DNA from: Escherichia phage EC100
Direction: 5' to 3' (one strand)
Sequence record: NC_105587.1
Length of the DNA: 64,000 nucleotides
Part shown: positions 19,443 through 28,729 of the stretch, in pieces
How the letters are laid out: each line of letters opens with the position of its first letter
How positions within the stretch are numbered: position 1 is the first letter of the stretch
Program-made: the position numbers and the translations under genes
The notes under the pieces: model-generated
What the model was told of the DNA's origin: nothing
The model's database searches: none
What the model saw: only the letters and a program-made list of their open reading frames with translations

Positions 19443-19471
19443 ATTATACCAAAATTTTTAGCAAAAAGCAA
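19443..19471 (-). promoter_or_regulatory. strong sigma70 early promoter
   Basis: TTGCTT/17 bp/TATAAT, A-tract. Confidence 0.6.
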
Positions 19472-19478
19472 GTAAAAT

Positions 19479-19505
19479 AAAAGCCTGATCCGCTAAGATC
19501 AGGCT
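19479..19505 (-). terminator. hairpin terminator
   Basis: AGCCTGATC-loop-GATCAGGCT with flanking T-runs. Confidence 0.5.
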
Positions 19506-19512
19506 TTGTTTA

Positions 19513-19803
19513 TTAGTCCTCTGGATTATCGTCCAGGAAATTTTTAATAGCTTCGTGCATAGTTTCTTTACGAAGCTGACGTCCAATCAAAATATGATTG
19601 GCTTCTACTCGACCATTAGGTAAGCGATCTGCCAGAACTACTACAGGAACTTGGCGCACACCAAATTTCTGCATTAATTCTGTATTATCAGTCTCTTTAT
19701 GGATTTCCAAATTATAGTCATTGACTACTTTATCAAATACTGGCTCAAACATTTTGCAAGGATTGCAAGTGGAACCTTTCAATAGATATACTAATTTACT
19801 CAT
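19513..19803 (-). CDS. thioredoxin/glutaredoxin-like protein
   Basis: 96 aa; CxxC active site 'CNPC' near N-terminus. Confidence 0.6.
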   Translation of the reverse strand: MSKLVYLLKGSTCNPCKMFEPVFDKVVNDYNLEIHKETDNTELMQKFGVRQVPVVVLADRLPNGRVEANHILIGRQLRKETMHEAIKNFLDDNPED

Positions 19804-20227
19804 AGTTATTAATGGCCTCTAAGAAGTTTTTCATAGTTTTTACGGTTGCGGTGCTTAGATCAAGATTTACACCCAAACACTCGGTTAATGCTTCCTGATA
19901 AGGAGCCTTTAATCTGCCTTCCGGGACTTCTACCTTTTTATACTCTTTATTTTTGACCTTTTTAATCATAGTCTCTAGTACAAGAAGCGGTAATTTAGCA
20001 CCTTCAATATCAGTACCCAAAAGTTCAGTTAAAATTTTATTAAGATCAAGACGAGTTAACTTTTTGCCCTTAGACATAGATGCACCTACCTTTGTATCAA
20101 TAGATTTTTCCGCTTTCTTTTCGAGCTTTTTGTACTCAGGAGAGTCATGATCACGGAGTGCAATGTTTAGCTCGTAATGTGGTATACGAAAATGTTCCGC
20201 CATTTGAGTATAGAAACGATCAGACAT
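19796..20227 (-). CDS. hypothetical protein
   Basis: 143-aa ORF; promoter upstream. Confidence 0.5.
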   Translation of the reverse strand: MSDRFYTQMAEHFRIPHYELNIALRDHDSPEYKKLEKKAEKSIDTKVGASMSKGKKLTRLDLNKILTELLGTDIEGAKLPLLVLETMIKKVKNKEYKKVEVPEGRLKAPYQEALTECLGVNLDLSTATVKTMKNFLEAINNYE

Positions 20228-20260
20228 AATATATACCTCTCTTAACTAATTTATGTATAT

Positions 20261-20289
20261 ATTATATAATAACTAGGGCTAAAAGTCAA
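20261..20289 (-). promoter_or_regulatory. sigma70 early promoter
   Basis: TTGACT/17 bp/TATAAT. Confidence 0.55.
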
Positions 20290-20302
20290 CTACTTTTTTA
20301 TC

Positions 20303-20719
20303 TTAATCTACTGCATGTATAAATTTTTTCCTAACTAGATACATAGTTATTGGGTAAATTGAGTACATAAGTATCGGGGAGAAAAGGGTGAAATACGCTG
20401 TAACTCCCCCAGCTAACATCAAAGGTATTAATGCTAGAGTAAGGGCCATAAGAATCATACCGAATGAAACAGCCAAAGCTATGGATATAGGATTCTCTAG
20501 TTCCATCCATAACCAACAATATTTCGTATCTCTATGGCAATTGCATTTACAAACGCCGAATGAACCCATAATTATATACTCTAGTCCGTGAATAACCTTT
20601 ATTAATAAGCTATTTCGGGTAGTTAATGCAATGATAGTAAAGACTATCATTAAAACGAATACTACTAGACTTATTTTCCAGATACCTAGCAGCATCATAG
20701 TGAATAGTTCTGCAAACAT
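20303..20719 (-). CDS. integral membrane protein
   Basis: 138 aa, about four hydrophobic helices. Confidence 0.5.
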   Translation of the reverse strand: MFAELFTMMLLGIWKISLVVFVLMIVFTIIALTTRNSLLIKVIHGLEYIIMGSFGVCKCNCHRDTKYCWLWMELENPISIALAVSFGMILMALTLALIPLMLAGGVTAYFTLFSPILMYSIYPITMYLVRKKFIHAVD

Positions 20720-20797
20720 GGCTTTCTCCTATCTTCAAAAAATTATTAAAGCCCCCTTTGCCTAAAAAGGCGGGAATATTCCCGCCTCAGTTATTAA

Positions 20798-21211
20798 TTA
20801 AACTAGTTCGACATGACCGCCATCATAGGTACCACGTTTTATTTCGTCGTGATAATCTCCCGAAGCATTCCAATCAGCACCAAAACGAAGTTTAATGCCC
20901 AGTTCTTTACCCGCTTGTTCAAAAGCCTTTTTAACTGCCCAAAATGCTTCTAAATCATTCCAATCAATTTTGCCATTAATGTATGGAGCAAAATCAAGTG
21001 CATCCCCAGTAATATGCTTGCTTTTACTAGGATCTTTTAAAAATGAAGTACCATTAGCAATATTCTGGGCACTTTGTGCTACTGTACGAATACCCTGTAC
21101 GATCGTGAAATCATATGGAGATAATTCTAAAGCTCTACGAGCTACTTTTTGTAGCTCTGGCTTAACGGTAGCTAATTGTTTTTCGCTATTTTTACCAAAT
21201 TTAAAACTCAT
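20798..21211 (-). CDS. endolysin (L-alanyl-D-glutamate peptidase, M15-like)
   Basis: 137 aa; 'SKHITGDALD' and 'DGGHVEL' zinc-peptidase motifs; immediately downstream of holin. Confidence 0.75.
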   Translation of the reverse strand: MSFKFGKNSEKQLATVKPELQKVARRALELSPYDFTIVQGIRTVAQSAQNIANGTSFLKDPSKSKHITGDALDFAPYINGKIDWNDLEAFWAVKKAFEQAGKELGIKLRFGADWNASGDYHDEIKRGTYDGGHVELV

Positions 21212-21864
21212 ATTGATCTACCTAAAGATCTCTGTTGTGGGGAACAGAGCTTTGTTAAATACTCGTTAAATTTCTCAGAATCGGCTGTATCTACAGGATT
21301 ATCTTTCCAAGCAATACCAATATATCCAGCATAGATATTGTTTAGATTGAAATACGGACAAGTGTATATGTAATTAAAAGTAACGTTCTTAAACGCAGGT
21401 ATATTTAACCCCATGTATTTATTTACTTTTACACTTAAATCCGATGCGTAGTTAAAGCCTTCCAAGTGACGTCTATATAGCTCAGACGTTTTATTTACCG
21501 CTTTATCGGCCAAGTCAGCCCTATCTAATTGCGCATTGCTTTCCCATGCAATAATGTTAGAATAATCATTAATGGCATCGGGTTTATACTTGACGACAAA
21601 AACAGCATCCGCACCCGTTTGAGAAAAGAGTACCATGCTCTTTTCTCTAGCTACATTAGGAAAGTTATCTATCCTTTGAGTTTGAACATCCTGTAGAACC
21701 GCAGACGTGGAGAAAGTCTTTAAGAATGACATCACCTCGCTAGTATTACTAACAAATAAGAAAATAATGACAGCAACTAAGATAGTTAGCAGACGTTTAA
21801 GAAGCGATGCTGGATCTTTCGCTTCTTGGAGCAGTACTGTTAATAATTGTAAGAACTTTTCCAA
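21208..21864 (-). CDS. holin
   Basis: 218 aa with N-terminal TM helix, start/stop-coupled to endolysin. Confidence 0.65.
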   Translation of the reverse strand: MEKFLQLLTVLLQEAKDPASLLKRLLTILVAVIIFLFVSNTSEVMSFLKTFSTSAVLQDVQTQRIDNFPNVAREKSMVLFSQTGADAVFVVKYKPDAINDYSNIIAWESNAQLDRADLADKAVNKTSELYRRHLEGFNYASDLSVKVNKYMGLNIPAFKNVTFNYIYTCPYFNLNNIYAGYIGIAWKDNPVDTADSEKFNEYLTKLCSPQQRSLGRSI

Positions 21865-21980
21865 TTGTAACCTCCTCTAACCATTACCATTATACTAATT
21901 TTGGAGGAAAATTACAATGTGTTTTTAAAGATCACTTCTGGAGCATAAAATTTTGTCGTTGTCAAGAAGAATTTTAGATA

Positions 21981-22010
21981 AAAGAAAAGCCAGGGTCGTT
22001 AAACCCTGGC
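21981..22010 (-). terminator. rho-independent terminator downstream of ClpP-like gene
   Basis: GCCAGGGT-loop-ACCCTGGC then TTTTCTTT on reverse strand. Confidence 0.6.
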
Positions 22011-22020
22011 TTAAAATTAC

Positions 22021-22620
22021 TTACTCTTCATTGTGCTCCTCGGACTGAGGTAACTGGGCTTTATTATATTGCTCAGATCGATATTTTGCCAAGATTTCAA
22101 TACGCTTATGGATTTCCTTGCTATCTAGATAGATATTTTTGTTGTCTTTTACCATCTCGTCGATTTCATCTATTGAGAAGAACGGATAGTAGACATCTAA
22201 CATCATATCTTCTACGAACTTGTTGTAAGATTCATAGGCTTTCTTGATTTCTTGACCTTTCTCACAGAACCCACCAGAGAACGTATGTCCCATTAGCGTA
22301 GCATGTGGATGTACTACCCATCCATGACAGGATAGGAAAATTGTGCAGTAAGCAGAAGCACTAGGACCAACCAGATGTCCTATAACTGTTCCACGGCAAT
22401 TAGCAATTAAGTTAGATAACTGTGCCGCAGTATCAACATAACCACCCGGGCCATTAATCATCAGATTAATTTCGTCGTCCTCATTTGCCTGCATAAGTAC
22501 CATTGATAAATCACGGTATTCATCCGGCGGGCCTAATTCTTCATCAAAGAAAAAGGTATACTCATTAGATTGGCGAATGGAGTGAAACAGGTTAGTCTTT
22601 TCTTCTTTTTTATTAGTCAT
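22021..22620 (-). CDS. ClpP-like serine peptidase
   Basis: 199 aa; 'NGPGGYVDT', 'GPSASAYCT', 'HPHATLMGH' resemble ClpP Ser/His regions. Confidence 0.55.
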   Translation of the reverse strand: MTNKKEEKTNLFHSIRQSNEYTFFFDEELGPPDEYRDLSMVLMQANEDDEINLMINGPGGYVDTAAQLSNLIANCRGTVIGHLVGPSASAYCTIFLSCHGWVVHPHATLMGHTFSGGFCEKGQEIKKAYESYNKFVEDMMLDVYYPFFSIDEIDEMVKDNKNIYLDSKEIHKRIEILAKYRSEQYNKAQLPQSEEHNEE

Positions 22621-22632
22621 AGCGATCCTTGA

Positions 22633-23385
22633 TTATCCAACTAGTGGTTCTAGCTCTAAGTCACAGAAGTTATAAACTTCTAGTTTAAGGTTATTGATAC
22701 CATCGAATTTATTAACTAATTCGTGAGTAATATATTTTGCAGGAATACCACTTTCAGATGGATGATCTGATTTAATAGTGAACTTCTGCTCAGCGGGTAC
22801 TACATTTACTATCAAAGAATCCATATCTAAATGGTTTGTTTCTCTGAGTAACTCTCCTTCATTGGGGAATCTAACATCTGTTATTACGGCGACATCTGGG
22901 TCGTCTTTAGCGATGGATTGCTCCAGAATTATGAGCCAAATGCGTTCATGCACCAGCTGCCTTCCTAGCTCTGTCCCTACGAGCTGTAACATTTTTCTCG
23001 GAGAAATAAATAAACTATAAAGTCCGTCTTCTTTATTCTCTGAGATAAGTTGTTGAGGATTAAGATATTTTTCCTCAAAAATAGGCCAAACGTACGAGAA
23101 GTCTTCAAACTTATCGATACCGTACTTAAACCACACATCCCTGGCTCGTTCCAACTGAGATTGTGTGACCGTAAACCATTGGTCAATCTCTTTCCCCCTG
23201 CGCTCTCCTAGAAACTCTGGAGTTACACCGAGGATTACGGATGCAAGTTCATAAACGGGCTTAGCAAAACTATAACGACGAGATAAACACGTTGGATACG
23301 TGTCATTACACCAATCGATAATTAATTTTGCAACGGTATCTTTTCCCGAACCAGCTTCACCATGTAAACCGACTAATACTGACAT
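22633..23385 (-). CDS. dnk: deoxynucleoside monophosphate kinase
   Basis: 250 aa; P-loop 'GEAGSGKDT' at N-terminus. Confidence 0.75.
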   Translation of the reverse strand: MSVLVGLHGEAGSGKDTVAKLIIDWCNDTYPTCLSRRYSFAKPVYELASVILGVTPEFLGERRGKEIDQWFTVTQSQLERARDVWFKYGIDKFEDFSYVWPIFEEKYLNPQQLISENKEDGLYSLFISPRKMLQLVGTELGRQLVHERIWLIILEQSIAKDDPDVAVITDVRFPNEGELLRETNHLDMDSLIVNVVPAEQKFTIKSDHPSESGIPAKYITHELVNKFDGINNLKLEVYNFCDLELEPLVG

Positions 23386-23738
23386 TAATCTTTCCTATTG
23401 TTAATTGGTGGATAATATACTAAACAACGTTTTTCTTGTAAATCTTGACGATAGAAGCAAACCATACTTGTCAGTCGTGAAATATATGAGTATTCTGCCT
23501 CACGGCATTTTGCCAACATATTCCAATCTTTATATGGTACAACAACTACTACGCCATCTTCTCCATTTGTAGCTAATTTCTTTTCAAACTTAAAGTCAAA
23601 GCTACAAGGTTGAAGTCCTTTAGGCCAGTCTACATGAGCTTGCTTTAACTCATGAGATGGCTCTGGTTTTATTTCTTCTGCACAGCCTGTGATTGTGATT
23701 GCGGCTGCGAGCAGTATTCCAAGTTTCCAGTTAAACAC
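23385..23738 (-). CDS. putative lipoprotein (o-spanin-like)
   Basis: 117 aa; signal peptide with lipobox 'ITGC'; overlaps 3' end of upstream TM/coiled-coil gene in another frame. Confidence 0.45.
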   Translation of the reverse strand: MFNWKLGILLAAAITITGCAEEIKPEPSHELKQAHVDWPKGLQPCSFDFKFEKKLATNGEDGVVVVVPYKDWNMLAKCREAEYSYISRLTSMVCFYRQDLQEKRCLVYYPPINNRKD

Positions 23739-24112
23739 GCTAATCTTTCCTCGAACTCTTTACTCTGCTTTTTAGCAATTAATGTTACCAATCCAGGCTT
23801 TGCAGCTATAATATCTTGTCGACTAAGAGCTTTATCTAACTGCTTAATCTTTTTGTCTAGATCTGCTTGCGAAATATTATTCATTGTGAAATACTGATTC
23901 ATTCTAGTCTCACGAAGTTCGCTTTCAGCTTTCACCTTATTAAGGGAGGTTTCTAGAGAAGAAATCTTTTTAGTAGCTACTGCAAGATCACCTGCTAGAG
24001 TTTCAACCTTATTAACTAAGTGATAGGCACCGAACCCGATGCCTATCGCTAGACCTGCTCCCAAGATATACCACTTACCTTGCCATAGAGAACTAATAAA
24101 GTTTTTTATCAT
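23669..24112 (-). CDS. membrane-anchored coiled-coil protein (i-spanin-like)
   Basis: 147 aa; N-terminal TM helix then long helical region. Confidence 0.45.
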   Translation of the reverse strand: MIKNFISSLWQGKWYILGAGLAIGIGFGAYHLVNKVETLAGDLAVATKKISSLETSLNKVKAESELRETRMNQYFTMNNISQADLDKKIKQLDKALSRQDIIAAKPGLVTLIAKKQSKEFEERLACLTGNLEYCSQPQSQSQAVQKK

Positions 24113-24801
24113 CTTTTCATATTCCTAAATGATGTAACCGTATCAAATCCATGTGCTGCTAGGCGGTCTTTATCAGAAGTGGTAATAATATCTGGTTCTC
24201 CAGTTCCAAGCACCCCCCAGATATATTGCTCAACCCTCTGGTGTAATCGGTATAAGTTGCTTTCAACTTCCTGCCACGGAATACCTGATAGATGTAGGCG
24301 TGGGTTAGTTATAGCCTTGAAATACTTATTACTATCTTTATTACTATCTTTATTATTTGGAACTACTGAGTCTAGAACCGCTAAGGGTACTCTTAACTCA
24401 GCTAAGGCTTCTTCAGCTTTAGAGGTAACTTCCTCTTGCCAGGATAGGATAGATTCTTTTGGCTTCCCCCTATTTATATCTAGCAGAGAAAACCCCGTTG
24501 ACCATCCATTCTCTTTCAGAACTTCTAATGCTTTGTCTAGGTTGAAAGTTTTTACTTGAGTATCCAATACATCAATATGGTACATCCAGTAAATCTCTCC
24601 TGCTAGGAAAAACGGTAGAATTTTAAAGTAGCCGTTCTTTTCACCAACACGAGCAATTATACGTTCTTGCATAATCATGTAGTTGCCATCATCTGGAGCC
24701 TTTATTGTTAGCTCTTCAGTTTTACGCTCCCAAACACGATCTGGGTCGAACAAACTGTTCTGCAAATCATACACATCGGCGAACTTAGAAATAATCCTCA
24801 T
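24109..24801 (-). CDS. hypothetical protein
   Basis: 230 aa; internal 'NKDSNKDSNK' repeat. Confidence 0.5.
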   Translation of the reverse strand: MRIISKFADVYDLQNSLFDPDRVWERKTEELTIKAPDDGNYMIMQERIIARVGEKNGYFKILPFFLAGEIYWMYHIDVLDTQVKTFNLDKALEVLKENGWSTGFSLLDINRGKPKESILSWQEEVTSKAEEALAELRVPLAVLDSVVPNNKDSNKDSNKYFKAITNPRLHLSGIPWQEVESNLYRLHQRVEQYIWGVLGTGEPDIITTSDKDRLAAHGFDTVTSFRNMKR

Positions 24802-24832
24802 ATTTAATCCTCTTGCCTCAATCTATAAACAT

Positions 24833-24861
24833 ATTATACAAAAGTTTGGGCATCTAAGCAA
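24833..24861 (-). promoter_or_regulatory. strong sigma70 early promoter
   Basis: TTGCTT/17 bp/TATAAT. Confidence 0.6.
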
Positions 24862-24883
24862 CTAAAATTTTATTATAAAAATA

Positions 24884-24910
24884 GCCCAGTCGCAAAAGTG
24901 CAGGCTGGGC
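24884..24910 (-). terminator. hairpin terminator
   Basis: GCCCAG/CTGGGC stem, T-rich both sides. Confidence 0.45.
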
Positions 24911-24955
24911 TTTGTCATTATTTGCTTTTGCTAGTAAGTTGATTTAGTATCAATC

Positions 24956-25336
24956 TTATGTAATATTAGTTTCTCTAGCTTTGCGTAGTACCCCTGCATT
25001 TCTCCACAATTTGATGTCAGCAACTGTTTCTTTATATGGAGCAATGGTAGAACCAATTGGGCCAGCAACTAATAGTCCAAAGAACCCTACAATACGCATG
25101 TAGAACAAGCATTCTTTGGCTGTCATATTATTTACTGCTTTTTTCTGCTTTTCATCTTTAAACTTCTGTTCTTGATCATCAATACGTAGATACTTAACAA
25201 ACCATTCAGCAGAATGTTCATCCAAATGTCTAATAATAGCTATCGCATATACAGCACCGATTAAAAACCAAGTTGTAACAAGAATTAGTAATATAATCAT
25301 ATTATCTCCAGTTATGGCTAGCAGCCACCTCACCAC
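24956..25336 (-). CDS. membrane protein
   Basis: 126 aa, hydrophobic helices. Confidence 0.45.
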   Translation of the reverse strand: MVRWLLAITGDNMIILLILVTTWFLIGAVYAIAIIRHLDEHSAEWFVKYLRIDDQEQKFKDEKQKKAVNNMTAKECLFYMRIVGFFGLLVAGPIGSTIAPYKETVADIKLWRNAGVLRKARETNIT

Positions 25337-25410
25337 TTACCGCACTAAGGGGCACGACTCCCTTATCCGTAACAGTTGCAGGTGACGCAACTCGGTCCTA
25401 CGCGAGTTCT

Positions 25411-25695
25411 TTAGGTATTCTGCATTTCAGCTTTAAATTTTTTCATATTACGAGTCTTTCTATAAAAGAAAAACACAGATGTTGGGCCTAGAAGAATATC
25501 CACAATAAATATCATAGATCTAGCACATCTGAGTAATGTTTTATCATCAAGAGGAGGCAGATCTAACGGTCGAGTTTTATGTATAACGTATAATATTACA
25601 TCTTTATTCTTAGAAATATACAGATCATCAACCAAGCTGTAAATAGCTACTATAGATCCAATGACGAACCAAAGAGCAAATGGAGAGATAATCAT
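25411..25695 (-). CDS. membrane protein
   Basis: 94 aa, hydrophobic helices. Confidence 0.45.
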   Translation of the reverse strand: MIISPFALWFVIGSIVAIYSLVDDLYISKNKDVILYVIHKTRPLDLPPLDDKTLLRCARSMIFIVDILLGPTSVFFFYRKTRNMKKFKAEMQNT

Positions 25696-25988
25696 TTCAG
25701 ATCCTTTTCATTAATTAGAATATTAGTAAACAGTGGAGTAACTCCTAGACTCATAGTAGGTCCAAACGTATTCATGGCTACCCACAATTGCATAGTGATC
25801 ATCCCATCTTTAATCTCTGGATCTTTATATTCTTCGATACGTTTTTTGGCAAAGGCAACTACATCTGGAATACTACCGTTCTTTACAACATGATCATGCC
25901 AAAACTGAGCGTTTTCACTTCGTAGGAATGTTAAAACATCCTTAGTTGCCGGAATCTGCACTGTGCTATTGATGTTTAGTCTTTTCAC
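25692..25988 (-). CDS. hypothetical protein
   Basis: 98-aa ORF. Confidence 0.45.
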   Translation of the reverse strand: MKRLNINSTVQIPATKDVLTFLRSENAQFWHDHVVKNGSIPDVVAFAKKRIEEYKDPEIKDGMITMQLWVAMNTFGPTMSLGVTPLFTNILINEKDLK

Positions 25989-26385
25989 GTTCTTCTCTCC
26001 GACGTTTAGATTCTTTCATCATATGAGCTGCTACAACTTCGTGGTAGTAGTCATTAATGTTATCTTCTGGCAAGAAATGCTTAATAGTCTCTAGCTGACA
26101 AATAACTCGATGAAGATGGTTATTTGGTAGACACAATTTTATACCTGCAACAAATCCAGAGAAGCCTGGAACACTGAACATGGGTTGGGCTTCTACTCTG
26201 CCTTCAGAGTTGATATTAAGCTCAATTGAGATACCCATTTTCATGCTATAAAGCTGGCAATATTCTCCATTACCAGACCTTGACCAAACAGTGAAGTCCT
26301 CATCAATTTGATCTTGGATTTCTGTAATTGCAAATTTAATTCTAGGGTCTAAATTATTCATCTTCACCTTCAAAGTCGCAATCAT
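25966..26385 (-). CDS. hypothetical protein
   Basis: 139-aa ORF. Confidence 0.5.
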   Translation of the reverse strand: MIATLKVKMNNLDPRIKFAITEIQDQIDEDFTVWSRSGNGEYCQLYSMKMGISIELNINSEGRVEAQPMFSVPGFSGFVAGIKLCLPNNHLHRVICQLETIKHFLPEDNINDYYHEVVAAHMMKESKRRREEREKTKHQ

Positions 26386-26653
26386 AACGACAAGTAAAAG
26401 AACTGGAGCTATTAGTACGTTGAGTGGTTATTTCACCGCGTTTGCTAATAGTAACGGCTGGAGTAGAGAAGTTTTTATTAGTATAGATTTCTACTTTACC
26501 ATTACGTTCCTTAACATCACGAACTTTACCATACTCGGTAATAATGCCGTTCTGTTGGACTTTAACATTACCATTTTTCATAGAAACTTTGGTAGACGCC
26601 AGAGAACCGAAACTAACTGCGGAGATCATCAGTGCAATAATAAACTTATTCAT
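26354..26653 (-). CDS. secreted protein
   Basis: ORF trimmed to Met after GGAGG; predicted signal peptide. Confidence 0.45.
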   Translation of the reverse strand: MNKFIIALMISAVSFGSLASTKVSMKNGNVKVQQNGIITEYGKVRDVKERNGKVEIYTNKNFSTPAVTISKRGEITTQRTNSSSSFTCRYDCDFEGEDE

Positions 26654-26927
26654 CTTCATCCTCCCCACTACAATCACGACATACATCATAATCATTGAAA
26701 GAACGTTCGTGAGCTTCACACCACCAAGAACAAGAATCGCAGAGGAACATTTCGGTTTTCTCCAGTGCTTGACCTAAAAGATCATCAGCTTCCTCAGCAG
26801 TAATCTTCAATCCGCACACATCTGCCACACGTTCTTTAATTAAACGACCTGCTTCATGGTAGGACATACAGGTTCCCGCAACATCGTGTTCAAGAACATG
26901 AATGGCACAGTCTAGGCGATTTTTCAT
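26646..26927 (-). CDS. Cys-rich acidic protein
   Basis: 93 aa; 'CDSCSWWCEAHE' and 'CRDC' motifs. Confidence 0.45.
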   Translation of the reverse strand: MKNRLDCAIHVLEHDVAGTCMSYHEAGRLIKERVADVCGLKITAEEADDLLGQALEKTEMFLCDSCSWWCEAHERSFNDYDVCRDCSGEDEDE

Positions 26928-26957
26928 TTCAAACCTCTCTCATCAATTTATAAATAT

Positions 26958-26986
26958 ATTATAGCAAGAAAAGAGAGGTTTAGCAA
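26958..26986 (-). promoter_or_regulatory. strong sigma70 early promoter
   Basis: TTGCTA/17 bp/TATAAT. Confidence 0.6.
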
Positions 26987-27003
26987 ATGAATTATTTCAG
27001 AAT

Positions 27004-27351
27004 TTAGTCATAGCACCACCATAACCCACGCTTACGCATGTCATGATCGCGATTATAATCGTAATTTTCTGGATCTTTCATCACGCGGTGGAGTTCTTGA
27101 CGATTCCCTTGACGAACCATTTTATTAGAGTGCCACTTAACATTCTTACTAATGGAATTCCAGTTATAACCATCCTTTTTCTCATTACGAATGGTTGCTT
27201 CCTTCATTTCTTTTTTGATGTCGTCCCAGGATTTGGCATAAATAACACGAATCCAGTAGCCATTTTCTTTGAAGAAAGAATATTCTTGAGAGAAGTGTTC
27301 TTTAGACTTCCACCACTGATCACCAGATTGTTTACGATAAGTACGGCTCAT
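27004..27351 (-). CDS. hypothetical protein
   Basis: 115-aa ORF. Confidence 0.5.
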   Translation of the reverse strand: MSRTYRKQSGDQWWKSKEHFSQEYSFFKENGYWIRVIYAKSWDDIKKEMKEATIRNEKKDGYNWNSISKNVKWHSNKMVRQGNRQELHRVMKDPENYDYNRDHDMRKRGLWWCYD

Positions 27352-27424
27352 ATTACCTCCATTAAGTCTTTTAAATTAACCTAATGTGGATGAATTTTGT
27401 TATACATATATTATGTACCTTTAT

Positions 27425-27461
27425 ACAGAAAAACCCCAGACTACTTATTCAATAGCTGGGG
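27425..27461 (-). terminator. rho-independent terminator
   Basis: CCCCAG...CTGGGG then TTTTTCTGT on reverse strand. Confidence 0.6.
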
Positions 27462-27472
27462 TTTGTTATTAA

Positions 27473-27778
27473 TTACAGATCGGGGCGTTCATCTTCGAAC
27501 GACACAAAGCCATCAAATTCATCATTTGAAATACCACCAGTATAGGTGATGTCCGCAATCATCGCTTCCATTTTTCTAATCTCCGAAATTTTCATGCCTG
27601 CTTTACTATTCTTATAGTATTTGCGAGGGTTCCCGCACATCCAACAAGAACAGATGCAAGGAGTAGTAGTGATAATACCTAACCGCTTAGGGCTTTCTTC
27701 ATGTGGAAAGACTGTCCAGTACTTCTTGCGGTTGTTCTTCACACGTTGCCGGTGATGACGTCTTAATGCTCGATCCAC
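27473..27778 (-). CDS. Cys-rich hypothetical protein
   Basis: 101 aa; 'CICSCWMCGNPRKY'. Confidence 0.45.
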   Translation of the reverse strand: MDRALRRHHRQRVKNNRKKYWTVFPHEESPKRLGIITTTPCICSCWMCGNPRKYYKNSKAGMKISEIRKMEAMIADITYTGGISNDEFDGFVSFEDERPDL

Positions 27779-27859
27779 ACATTTCTCCTAAAACTTGGGA
27801 GATAAATGGAGTTTGCTCGACTACCTTGCGTAGCTGGGAAAAATCGTATCCAAACCCCA

Positions 27860-28228
27860 TTACATCGCCTGAGTAAATGTACGACTAATAACGTCGTTCT
27901 GTTGTTCACGCGTCAATGCGTTAAAACGTACAGCGTACCCTGAAACACGGATAGTTAATTGAGGGTATTTTTCAGGATGTTTCTGCGCATCCAAAAGCTG
28001 ATCACGGCTTAATACATTGACATTTAGGTGCTGACCACCTTCGATTTGAGGGGCGACTTCCACTTTGACTTCACGGAAGGCTTCGGGATCGAATTGTGGT
28101 GTGATACCTTCTAGATCTTCAACTAGAACTTTCTGTTTAAGTTCACCATTGTCGGAGTATAGCTGAATAATCTGATTTTCATGAACAAGGTTAATTACGC
28201 CAGATTTAAGATTTTGATATGCTTTCAT
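27860..28228 (-). CDS. autonomous glycyl-radical cofactor (GrcA/YfiD-like)
   Basis: 122 aa; C-terminus '[11 protein letters not shown]...[35 protein letters not shown]' nearly superimposes on E. coli GrcA. Confidence 0.8.
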   Translation of the reverse strand: MKAYQNLKSGVINLVHENQIIQLYSDNGELKQKVLVEDLEGITPQFDPEAFREVKVEVAPQIEGGQHLNVNVLSRDQLLDAQKHPEKYPQLTIRVSGYAVRFNALTREQQNDVISRTFTQAM

Positions 28229-28251
28229 TAGATCTCCCCGATGTTAGAATT

Positions 28252-28327
28252 TGGTAGTTAGTAGTGGATTTGAACCACTGTAGTCGCTCCGTATGAAGGA
28301 GGTGCATAACCACTCTGCCAACTAACT
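28252..28327 (-). tRNA. tRNA-Met/Ile2 (anticodon CAT)
   Basis: 7-bp acceptor stem, T-arm, anticodon loop with CAT, encoded CCA; hand-folded. Confidence 0.65.
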
Positions 28328-28423
28328 GTTATGTTTTACTAGACTAAGTAAGTATTCTTTATACTCTTTAGACCAATTAGCTTTTTTAAACTTTCCTGGA
28401 CGCATAGTCTTAATTCCTAAATT

Positions 28424-28500
28424 TGGTACTCCGGGAGGGATTTAAACCCCCGATCTCTCGGTTATCAGCCGAGTGCTTTAGATCGCTAAGCTACCGAAGC
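28424..28500 (-). tRNA. tRNA-Ile (GAT)
   Basis: acceptor stem with G-U pairs, anticodon stem CTCGG/CCGAG, loop with GAT. Confidence 0.6.
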
Positions 28501-28501
28501 A

Positions 28502-28729
28502 TTAACATTTCACAGCAGAACGTTTGCCATTTCTAGGTGCACCTGGAAGTCGTGCACGTTCTGTCATTCTTCGCTTAATCTTTGAGATATTTTCTAGTGT
28601 TTGTTTTTCAGGCTTAATACCTGAAACACTACACCACTGATTACCGTCCCATGCGGTAATGATCATAACACCATTACTCATGATCTTTTCTGTAAAAGTA
28701 ATCCTCATTATAGCAACTCGTCTAAGCAA
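28502..28729 (-). CDS. hypothetical protein
   Basis: 75-aa ORF between tRNA genes. Confidence 0.4.
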   Translation of the reverse strand: MLRRVAIMRITFTEKIMSNGVMIITAWDGNQWCSVSGIKPEKQTLENISKIKRRMTERARLPGAPRNGKRSAVKC

